DNA of 64,000 nt from Vicinamibacterales bacterium (GTDB lineage: Bacteria > Acidobacteriota > Vicinamibacteria > Vicinamibacterales > UBA2999), in assembly GCA_050183355.1 (NCBI GenBank), contig JBFXBH010000001.1:38840-102839 (forward strand). The letters are read 5' to 3'. Below are positions 16,452 through 24,253 of this stretch, one piece after another (position 1 is the stretch's first letter; every line of letters starts with the position of its first letter). A model generated the notes under the pieces. The model was not told where the DNA came from. It saw only the letters and a program-made list of their open reading frames with translations, and did no database searches. Both the position numbers and the translations under genes were made by a program.

Positions 16452-17113
16452 TCGTAGTAGATGCAGGCGTAGTCGCCGGTGTAGCCGGCCTTCGAGAAGA
16501 TCCAGTCCCACTCCTCGGGACGGTAGAAGCACTCGCAGGTGAGCTGCCAGTACATCAGGTTTACCTTCTCCTGCTCGTTCCTGTAGCCATCCAGGATCAA
16601 GTACTTGCCGCCACGGCCGACGCGCTCGATCTCGCCAAGCGCGGTGAAGAGATCGCCGATGAGGAGATTGTGCAGCGTATTGATGGAGACAACGAGGTCG
16701 AAGTGATTGTCCGGGTACGGCAGCGACACCGCCGAGCCGACCTGCACGAACGGCTTCATGTCGTCCATGGCGTTGGCGATCGCGTACTCCGAGATATCGA
16801 TGCCGGCGACTTCCAGGCCCGGTACGACCTTGGCGAATTCATGGAGCAGGAAACCCTTCGCACAGCCGATGTCGAGCACCCGCATGCCCGGTTTCAGGCC
16901 ATAGTGCCGGGCCAGGTCGCGGGCAAACGACTCCCACCGGCCTTCCATGTACTTGAAGCCGCCGTAGCCGTACTTCCGATCGCCGTCGAAGTAGTCGAAG
17001 CCGAACTGCCGCGAGATCGCCGCGCACTCCGCCTTGTCGTACTCAACGACGCGCTGCAGGTAGTTCCGCTTCGTACTGGTGTGGATCTTCTCGATGAAGT
17101 CGATGTAGGCCAT
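16448..17113 (-). CDS. Class I SAM-dependent methyltransferase, ~221 aa
   Basis: ORF 16448-17272 trimmed to ATG 17113 (MAYIDFIEK; TGATG junction). SAM motif RVLDIGCAKGFLLHEF, then VAGIDISEYAI and FDLVVSINTLHNL. Confidence 0.85.
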   Translation of the reverse strand: MAYIDFIEKIHTSTKRNYLQRVVEYDKAECAAISRQFGFDYFDGDRKYGYGGFKYMEGRWESFARDLARHYGLKPGMRVLDIGCAKGFLLHEFAKVVPGLEVAGIDISEYAIANAMDDMKPFVQVGSAVSLPYPDNHFDLVVSINTLHNLLIGDLFTALGEIERVGRGGKYLILDGYRNEQEKVNLMYWQLTCECFYRPEEWDWIFSKAGYTGDYACIYYE

Positions 17114-18048
17114 CAGCGTGTCCGGGCGGGGCTCAGACCGCCGAGCGCCTCGAGGATCTGCGGAGCCGTCAGGCCGTGCGCCCGCAGCAGGTCCTGATGC
17201 GACCCATAGATGTGCAGGAATTCGTCCTTGAGCGCGAAGGCGTGGACGTGGCAGGCGGCGCGGCGCTCCCATGCGAGACGCTTCACCTCGACACCCAGGC
17301 TCCCGCGCACGGACGTCTCCTCGATGACGACAACGTGCTCGAAACGGGAAAACAACGCCGCCACACCGTCCTCGTCGAGCGGCTTGACCGTATGGGCGGA
17401 TACGACCGACACCGAACAGCCGCGCCCTTCGAGGGTCTTCGCGACGTCGAACGCCGTCTTGAGAATCGGTCCGTACCCCAGGATGCAGACATCGCTGCCC
17501 TCGGTGATCCGCCGCAGCTTGCCGAACACGAACGGGTCGATCGCGCTCGCCGTCAGATCCGGCTCGCCCGCCTTACCGAGCCGGAGATAGACGGGACCCG
17601 TATGACGTGCGCATGCCCATGCCGCCTGTACCGTCTCGGCCGGATCACACGGCGCGAGGATCGACATGTTGGGCAGACCACCCATGATGGCGACGTCCTC
17701 CTGCGCGTGGTGCGTGCTGCCAAGGAGCGAATACCCGACGCCTGCACCGACACCGACGATCGTGACCGGCAGGTTCTGATAGCACAGGTCGTCGCGCACC
17801 TGCTCGAACGGGCGATAGATCGAGAACGTGGCGATCGTGTACGCGAAGGGTGTGCAGCCACGCAACGCGAGACCGGCACAGAGACTGATCATCGCCTGCT
17901 CGGCGAGACCGACGTTGACGAACTGATCGGGGAAGTCTCGGAGAAACGGCGCCATCGCCGCGGCTGGCGAGATATCCGCAACGACGACGAACGTCTTCGG
18001 ATCCGCCTTCGCGATGTCGTAGATGGTGCGGGCGAATGCGTCTCTCAT
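17113..18048 (-). CDS. Transketolase, C-terminal (pyrimidine-binding) subunit, ~311 aa
   Basis: ORF 17113-18399 trimmed to ATG 18048 (MRDAFARTIYD; ATGA overlap). FVNVGLAEQAMISLCAGLALRG, GSTHHAQEDVAIMGGLPNMSILAPCD. Confidence 0.9.
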   Translation of the reverse strand: MRDAFARTIYDIAKADPKTFVVVADISPAAAMAPFLRDFPDQFVNVGLAEQAMISLCAGLALRGCTPFAYTIATFSIYRPFEQVRDDLCYQNLPVTIVGVGAGVGYSLLGSTHHAQEDVAIMGGLPNMSILAPCDPAETVQAAWACARHTGPVYLRLGKAGEPDLTASAIDPFVFGKLRRITEGSDVCILGYGPILKTAFDVAKTLEGRGCSVSVVSAHTVKPLDEDGVAALFSRFEHVVVIEETSVRGSLGVEVKRLAWERRAACHVHAFALKDEFLHIYGSHQDLLRAHGLTAPQILEALGGLSPARTR

Positions 18049-18866
18049 CGCGCCTCCTCCACCTCGCGGATCGCCTGCGCGTACTCCTGCGGGTTCGGGG
18101 ACCGGTAGTGCCAGAGCGGCACGTTCTCCATGTAGCTGACGCCCTTCCCTTTGACCGTCCTGCCGAGGGCCAGGAAGGGCCGGCTGGTCTTCCGGTGCCG
18201 CGCGGCATCGACGATGGCCTGCGGATCGTGCCCGTCGATCTCCACGGCTTCCCAGCCGAACGACTCGATCTTCGGCAACACGGGGTAGAAGTTCGGATGG
18301 ATCTGGCTGATCTGCCCGAGTGACTGGAAGTCGTTCAGGTCCACGTACACGATCAGGTTGGACAGCTTCAGCGTCGGCGCGAGCATCAGCGCCTCCCACA
18401 CCGACCCCTCTTCGAGCTCACCATCGCTGATGACGACGAACACCGTCCGCGACACGCCCGCGGTGCGGTCCGCGAGCGCCATCCCCAGCGCAATCGGGAG
18501 GCCGTGCCCGAGCGAGCCGGTGGACGCCTCGATACCCGGCACACCGAGGTCCGGATGCATGCCGATCCGGCCGCCTTCCTTGCCGGCACCGGCCACTTCC
18601 TCGGATGTCAGGATTCCCAGCTCCTCGAGCACGCAGTACTGCGCCATGGCGCCGTGCCCCTTCGAGAGGATGAAGGTGTCGGGGTCCGGTCCGTCCCGGC
18701 GCATCAGTCCGAAATAGATCGCGTCCACCATCTCGAGGCACGAGAAGGCGGGGGCGATGTGCAGGGCCGGCACCGTCTGGGAGATATCCAGAATGCGCCG
18801 GCGGAACGTACGGCACCGCGCGCGCGCGGCTGCCGCATCGAATGGCGTGGCCTGGCTGGTTGTCAT
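18045..18866 (-). CDS. Transketolase, N-terminal (ThDP-binding) subunit, 273 aa
   Basis: Full ORF. HIAPAFSCLEMV, ILSKGHGAMAQY, GSLGHGLPIALGMA, VISDGELEEGSVWEA (ThDP/Mg motif). Confidence 0.9.
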   Translation of the reverse strand: MTTSQATPFDAAAARARCRTFRRRILDISQTVPALHIAPAFSCLEMVDAIYFGLMRRDGPDPDTFILSKGHGAMAQYCVLEELGILTSEEVAGAGKEGGRIGMHPDLGVPGIEASTGSLGHGLPIALGMALADRTAGVSRTVFVVISDGELEEGSVWEALMLAPTLKLSNLIVYVDLNDFQSLGQISQIHPNFYPVLPKIESFGWEAVEIDGHDPQAIVDAARHRKTSRPFLALGRTVKGKGVSYMENVPLWHYRSPNPQEYAQAIREVEEAR

Positions 18867-19975
18867 CAGGCGCGCCCCGTGTAGAACCGGCGGATGTGTT
18901 CGATGATGAACTCGATGTGCCCCGGGTCGAGATGCTGGTGGGCCGGGATCGTGATGACCTCAGCGGCCTGCCGTTCCGCGACGGGAAAGTCGCCCTTCGT
19001 GTAGCCGAGCCCGGCGGCGCACTGCTGCAGATGCAGCGGAATCGGATAGTGCACCTTGCATTCGATCTCCTGTGAGACCAGGTAGGCCAGCAAGTCGTCC
19101 CGGCGCGTCGCGAGCGCGAGATACAGCTGATAGACCTCCCGGTTGGCCGCCGGCCGCTCCGGTGTGCGGATGAATTCCCGCAGCGGCGCCAGACCTTCGT
19201 CGAGCAGGCGCGCGTTGCGGATGCGGGCGGCGATGTTCTCCTCGATGCCGTCGAGCATCCGGCACCCGACCACGGCCTGGAAGGGCTGAAGGCGCTCGTT
19301 CACGCCCCAGAACGCGATGTGATCGCGATCGACGAGCCCGTGATTGCGGTAGAGCCGCAGCCACCCGGCAAGCGCATCGTCGTCGGTCACGACGATGCCG
19401 CCGTCACCCATGACATTGAGCGGCTTGAGCGGATGCATGCTGAAGCCGCTCACGCGACCGAACGTGCCGGCCTTCTTTCCGTTGATCCACGCGCCGGTGG
19501 CCGGGCACGCGTCCTCGACGACGGGAAGACCGTGCCTGTCCGCCACGGCGAGCACCGCGGCCAGATCCGGCGATGCCCCGGCCCAGTGCACCGGCAGAAT
19601 CGCCTTCGTGCGCGGCGTGATGACGGCCTCGAGCTGCGTCGCATCCATCTGATAGCGCGCGTCGCAGTCGACAAAGACGGGCCGCGCCCCGACGGCCGCA
19701 ATGGCGCCGGCCGTGGCGATGAACGTGTTGGCGACGGTAATCACTTCGTCGCCGGCGCCGACGCCGAGCGCCTTGAGACACAGGATCAGCGCGCCGGTAC
19801 CGGTGTTGGTGCCGATGGCGTGCTTGACGCCCAGATAGGCGGCGAACTGGCGCTCGAACTTCTCCACGAACGGGCCGATCGTGAACTCGCCCGTGCGGAC
19901 GAGCTCGCGCAGGTCGGCAAAGAGACCGTCGACGTCGGCGAACTGCTCCTCAAGATACGAATACTTCACGCGCAT
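18866..19975 (-). CDS. DegT/DnrJ/EryC1/StrS-family sugar aminotransferase, 369 aa
   Basis: Full ORF. GTNTGTGALILCLKALGVGAGDEVITVANTFIAT, FSMHPLKPLNVMGDGG (PLP-lysine context). Confidence 0.9.
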   Translation of the reverse strand: MRVKYSYLEEQFADVDGLFADLRELVRTGEFTIGPFVEKFERQFAAYLGVKHAIGTNTGTGALILCLKALGVGAGDEVITVANTFIATAGAIAAVGARPVFVDCDARYQMDATQLEAVITPRTKAILPVHWAGASPDLAAVLAVADRHGLPVVEDACPATGAWINGKKAGTFGRVSGFSMHPLKPLNVMGDGGIVVTDDDALAGWLRLYRNHGLVDRDHIAFWGVNERLQPFQAVVGCRMLDGIEENIAARIRNARLLDEGLAPLREFIRTPERPAANREVYQLYLALATRRDDLLAYLVSQEIECKVHYPIPLHLQQCAAGLGYTKGDFPVAERQAAEVITIPAHQHLDPGHIEFIIEHIRRFYTGRA

Positions 19976-19979
19976 GGGC

Positions 19980-21098
19980 TTACGCTTTGCCTCCGTGGAA
20001 CGCGGCGATGAGGGTGATCACGCGGTCCTGCTGTGCCTCGGTGAGGCCCGGGAAGAGTGGCAGGCTCAGGATGCGTCCGACGACATCACGGCACACCGGA
20101 AAGTCGTCAGGCGTATACCCGAGGCCCGCGGCCGCCGGCTGCAGATGGATCGGCGTGGCGTAGTGCACGAGCGCTTCCACCTGGTGCTCGGTCAGATACG
20201 CCTGCAGGCGATCGCGGTTCTCGGTCTGGATCATGTAGGTCTGATAGACGTGGTACTCGCCGGGCGCCTCGTCGGGCACGAGCACGTAGGGCCGCAGCGC
20301 CTCGTTGTAACGGAACGCCAGCCGCCGCCGCTCTTCGGTCCACGAGTCAAGGTGCTGGAGACAGACGCGGAGCATCGCGGCCTGGACCTCGTCGAGACGG
20401 CAGTTGAAGCTCCAGAACTCGCATGTGTTGCGGTCCTTGAGCCCGTGGTTCCTGGCCTGCATGATGCGCGCGGCGATGGCATCGTCGCTTGTCGTCATCA
20501 TGCCGGCATCGCCGATCGCGAACAGGTTCTTGAGCGGGTGCAGACTGAACGTCCCGGCGTGTCCCCAGCTTCCGACGCGCCGGCCGTCGAGCCTCGCGCC
20601 CACGGCCTGCGCCGCGTCCTCGAGCACGAACAGGCCATGCCGCTTCGCGATCGCGAGGATCGCCGGCATCGACGCCGGACGCCCGGTGAGGTGCACCGGA
20701 ATGATCGCCTTCGTGCGCGGCGTGATGGCGGCCTCGAGCCGGTCGGGATCCATGTTCATGTCCGGCCGGACGTCGACGAAGACGGGGCGGGCACCGGCCA
20801 GCGCGATGGTCGAAGCCGACGCGAGAAACGAGTTCGGCGCGGTAATCACCTCGTCGCCGGGCTCAAGGCCGATCCCCCGCAGCACGAGGTGCAGCGCGCA
20901 GGTGCCGTTGGCGAGGCCGACGGCGCGTGTCGCGCCGCAGTAGTCGGCAAATGCCTGCTCGAAGGCCTGCACGTTGGGGCCAAGGATGTACCGGCCGCCG
21001 TCGAGCACCTGCTCGACGGCGGTCAGCAACTGGCTCTTGATCGTACCAACCTGCTGGCCAAGTGCCGAGTACGGCACCCGCTCGATGGTCACGGACAT
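19980..21098 (-). CDS. DegT/DnrJ/EryC1/StrS-family sugar aminotransferase, ~372 aa
   Basis: ORF 19980-21290 trimmed to ATG 21098 (MSVTIERVPYS). GLANGTCALHLVLRGIGLEPGDEVITAPNSF, FSLHPLKNLFAIGDAG. Confidence 0.9.
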   Translation of the reverse strand: MSVTIERVPYSALGQQVGTIKSQLLTAVEQVLDGGRYILGPNVQAFEQAFADYCGATRAVGLANGTCALHLVLRGIGLEPGDEVITAPNSFLASASTIALAGARPVFVDVRPDMNMDPDRLEAAITPRTKAIIPVHLTGRPASMPAILAIAKRHGLFVLEDAAQAVGARLDGRRVGSWGHAGTFSLHPLKNLFAIGDAGMMTTSDDAIAARIMQARNHGLKDRNTCEFWSFNCRLDEVQAAMLRVCLQHLDSWTEERRRLAFRYNEALRPYVLVPDEAPGEYHVYQTYMIQTENRDRLQAYLTEHQVEALVHYATPIHLQPAAAGLGYTPDDFPVCRDVVGRILSLPLFPGLTEAQQDRVITLIAAFHGGKA

Positions 21099-21130
21099 GA
21101 ATGCGTGTCTCCTTCGTCGATCAGCCGGTC

Positions 21131-22309
21131 TCAGACCGGCGACAGGATGCCGGATACAAGTGCCGTCGACAGGCACTGCGCGATCCGCGTGTTTCCCAGC
21201 GCCGAGTAGTGCACGGGGTCGTACATGACCGGGTTGTGGTAGAGAAAATTCTCCCGTTCGACTGACAGACACGGCCGCAGCGGCACCCACGGGAGCTGCC
21301 GCCTCCGCGCCAGCCTCTCCAGTTCGGCGCCGGTCGCCTCATACCACTTGGCGATGTGCTCGGGCAGAATGGGCTGCCAGCGATCGTACTGCCACTCGAC
21401 GTCGGCCGGCACGTGCGCGTTGGTCCACAGGCCGTTCCGATACCCATGCACCGGCTCGGCGAGTACCATCCGGATGCCGCGCTCGGTCGCGAGATCGACG
21501 ATGCGGTCAACCCACTTCGCGTAGTCCTCGAGGGACGGCGTGACACGGCCTTCCGTGAAGGTATAGGTCTGCCGCCACGGCGGGGGCGCTCCGACAATCT
21601 GACGAATGCTGCGATAGAGCGCGACGTGCGTGGATATCCACTCGAGCACGGGGCGCACCGTGCGCGGTCCGCGTTCGTAGAACTGGGTCTCGCTGATCCG
21701 GTTGCCGACCTCGTAGTAGATGACCAGGTCCGGCGAGAGCGGCAGCACGAGACTCCGGAACACGTGGTAGAGGTCGATGCTGCCGAAGCCCGAGAAGCCC
21801 GCGTTGATGACTTCAATCTGTCTGCCGTCCACCTGACGCCCGGCCAGCGCCCGCTGGAGCTGCGCGGGATATGTCTCGGCATTGGACACACCGATGCCTT
21901 CCGTCGTGCTGCCGCCGAGACAGACGATCCGGAACGTCCGGGCCGGCTTCTCGACGGTGAACTCCGGTCCCCGGAAGCCATAGCTGTTCGACGACCACTG
22001 TTCGGAGAACCGGAAGCTCCGGCGGAACAGGTTCGGCGGAAAGAGCGTCTCCTCGCCGAAGACGGCGACCGGGTCGAATGACTCGACGTCCTGCATGTCC
22101 GGCATCCGCAGCCGGTTCCAGCGGTAGCGCGCATACCCGACCGGCAGCTCCGGGGGTGGCTCCTTCAAGCGAAGCACCGGGCTGGCGATGACGTAGCCGA
22201 GCCGCCACCGGACGAGCACTTCGTCGATGGCGACGGCAAGCAGGCACAGCACGCCAGTCAGTGCAATGACCGCCGTGCGGGCACGGCGGGAACCAGCGCG
22301 CGTGATCAC
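21131..22309 (-). CDS. Membrane-anchored SGNH/GDSL-like hydrolase or O-acyltransferase, ~390 aa (start uncertain: GTG 22309 or TTG 22312/22318)
   Basis: ORF 21131-22519 trimmed past the upstream stop at 22336. N-terminal anchor AVIALTGVLCLLAVAI; block I FRIVCLGGSTTEG; block III INAGFSGFGS; block V YDPVHYS. Confidence 0.6.
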   Translation of the reverse strand: MITRAGSRRARTAVIALTGVLCLLAVAIDEVLVRWRLGYVIASPVLRLKEPPPELPVGYARYRWNRLRMPDMQDVESFDPVAVFGEETLFPPNLFRRSFRFSEQWSSNSYGFRGPEFTVEKPARTFRIVCLGGSTTEGIGVSNAETYPAQLQRALAGRQVDGRQIEVINAGFSGFGSIDLYHVFRSLVLPLSPDLVIYYEVGNRISETQFYERGPRTVRPVLEWISTHVALYRSIRQIVGAPPPWRQTYTFTEGRVTPSLEDYAKWVDRIVDLATERGIRMVLAEPVHGYRNGLWTNAHVPADVEWQYDRWQPILPEHIAKWYEATGAELERLARRRQLPWVPLRPCLSVERENFLYHNPVMYDPVHYSALGNTRIAQCLSTALVSGILSPV

Positions 22310-22335
22310 CAAACTCAAGACTCTAGCAGAACGAC

Positions 22336-24078
22336 TCAGGTGCGGGGCCGGCTCGAGCCACGAAGCCGTTCGGCGGCCACCCGGCGTACCTGCGCGAACT
22401 TCTTCCGGCCGCGGTGCCGCGCCTTGGTCACGGACTTCTGCGTCTGCCGCCACTGCCGCGCTGTCCACTTCGTCAGCGGCCGGCGCCAGCGATCCAGCCA
22501 TTGACCCGCGCGGCGCCACAGCGGGTCGTCGCTGACGTAACGCTCCCGCCGCTTCTCGACGACGTCCCGCGTCAGCGCGAAGCTCTCACTCGTGTCACGC
22601 CACACCTTCGCGACGTTCGCGAAGAACCCGGTCTCCAGTTTCGGCAGCACCAGACGACTTGTCACCGACCGCGGCCGCGGGACCATGACGGCAAGCACTG
22701 TCGTTATCGGCCGGGCGATCACAGCCGACGGCCCTCCTTCCGGGCGCCAGGCGAAGCCGCGCTCGGTCGCGAGCAAGGCGGCCTCGACCCGTGAGGCGAC
22801 CAGCCCGTCGAGACCGAACTCCTTCTCGAATCCGGCAAGGTCCTCCGGATGGGGACCTTCCTTCAGGCTGAAGGCAAGGGCCAGCACGTGGTCGTCCTCG
22901 TCGGTCGTGAACGAGACGAGCGAGGGAAAGCGCGCGGACAGCGGATTGAGATGGTGCCGGCAGCTCTCGAACTCCACCCGATGCTCCGCATGAAGTTCGA
23001 TCAGATAGTGCAGCGGACGCCCGGCCGCCAGCACATCGAGTGTGCCGTGCGGGCTGAGGCGGACGACGGCGGCGGCACGACGGACTGTCGCCATCAGCGG
23101 ACCGGCACCGCCGGATGCATCGACGGCCGCCCTGTGCACGCCAACGCCGTCCCACGCCCCGAACTCCGGCTTCCGGCCGCGGAGCATCCACGCGCGATCC
23201 ACCCAGACCAGCACCTGCGTTGCCGGGAACTCCCGCTGGAACAGCGACAGCCAGCGTGTGATGGTTCCCGGACGCACGCCGTGCATGACGTGGAGGAGCA
23301 CGAAGGGCCGGGCGGGTTCGAGGCCGGCCGCGGCAAGGAGGCGCGCCGGGTCCGGCCCGGACGGCCGATCGGCCCGCTGTGCCTGAAGCGGCTGCGCACC
23401 CACGACCGTCACGTCGGAGGGCCTGGCGCCGATGATGGATTCAACTTCCTGCCGCTGCACGTCGTGCCAGACCAGCCAGCGATCGACCGGGCCCGGGAAC
23501 TCCCGCGGCGTGGTGTAGTCGTCCAGGCTGGCGGGATAGACGGCCGTCGGCATGCCGAGCCACCGCGCGGCCTTCAGCACCTCGCTGCCCCACACGCCGG
23601 CGACCGGGGGCACGGACAAGACGATGTCGGGCCTGTGGCGCCGCAGGAGATCGACGATCTTCGCATCCGGCGCGACCAGGTGGTCCACGGCCTGCAGCAG
23701 GCGCCGCATCGTCCTCGGTGCCCAGGGCCCGAGCAGCGTCAGGTGCTGACCGAATGTCCGGACGCCACGCGCCATACCCTTGCTCCGCGCGTGCCGGATG
23801 CCGCGGCTGCGGATACCTCGATAGCGCGGGTGGAGATAGTAGGTGGACGTCGCCAGAATCCGGAGGTGGATCACCAGGGCGCCGGTGGCGTTCCGATAGC
23901 GCGACGGCAGCTCGACGACCCGAGCGTCCAGCCGGCCCAACCGGGCCACGTCAGCCCGCGTGGGGCGCACGGCCGCGCACATGACCGTGACGGCGTGCGC
24001 GCGCGCGCGCAGCGCCTGAACCAACGGCGTCAGGACCGTTGCGGTCCGCCCCGAGTCGACAACGAGCAGGACCCTCAC
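22336..24078 (-). CDS. Divergent family-Y-like protein with W/R/K-rich basic C-terminal tail, ~580 aa; first gene of the 24078-10414 operon
   Basis: ORF 22336-24165 trimmed to GTG 24078, preceded by GGGAGGG (SD) about 8 nt upstream. VRVLLVVDSGRTATVL..ARAHAVTV; PDIVLSVPPVAG..AARWLGMPTAV; VWHDVQRQEVESIIGARPSDVTVVGAQPLQ. The C-half is degenerate (RPHP lost). Tail: WRRAGQWLDRWRRPLTKWTARQWRQTQKSVTKARHRGRKKF. Confidence 0.6.
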   Translation of the reverse strand: MRVLLVVDSGRTATVLTPLVQALRARAHAVTVMCAAVRPTRADVARLGRLDARVVELPSRYRNATGALVIHLRILATSTYYLHPRYRGIRSRGIRHARSKGMARGVRTFGQHLTLLGPWAPRTMRRLLQAVDHLVAPDAKIVDLLRRHRPDIVLSVPPVAGVWGSEVLKAARWLGMPTAVYPASLDDYTTPREFPGPVDRWLVWHDVQRQEVESIIGARPSDVTVVGAQPLQAQRADRPSGPDPARLLAAAGLEPARPFVLLHVMHGVRPGTITRWLSLFQREFPATQVLVWVDRAWMLRGRKPEFGAWDGVGVHRAAVDASGGAGPLMATVRRAAAVVRLSPHGTLDVLAAGRPLHYLIELHAEHRVEFESCRHHLNPLSARFPSLVSFTTDEDDHVLALAFSLKEGPHPEDLAGFEKEFGLDGLVASRVEAALLATERGFAWRPEGGPSAVIARPITTVLAVMVPRPRSVTSRLVLPKLETGFFANVAKVWRDTSESFALTRDVVEKRRERYVSDDPLWRRAGQWLDRWRRPLTKWTARQWRQTQKSVTKARHRGRKKFAQVRRVAAERLRGSSRPRT

Positions 24079-24253
24079 ACAGTCACCCTCCCGCGACGGC
24101 GCATCATCCGGGCGGCCGGCACGCCGGGCGCGGCAACGGTCATCATCCCGGACGCACGCCTCCATGAATCGATGCGTTCATCGGCGGTGAACCGCTTCAT
24201 ACGCCCGCCCGCGCTTGTGCCATCAATGGGCGTGTAGTACCGTGACCGGCTGC

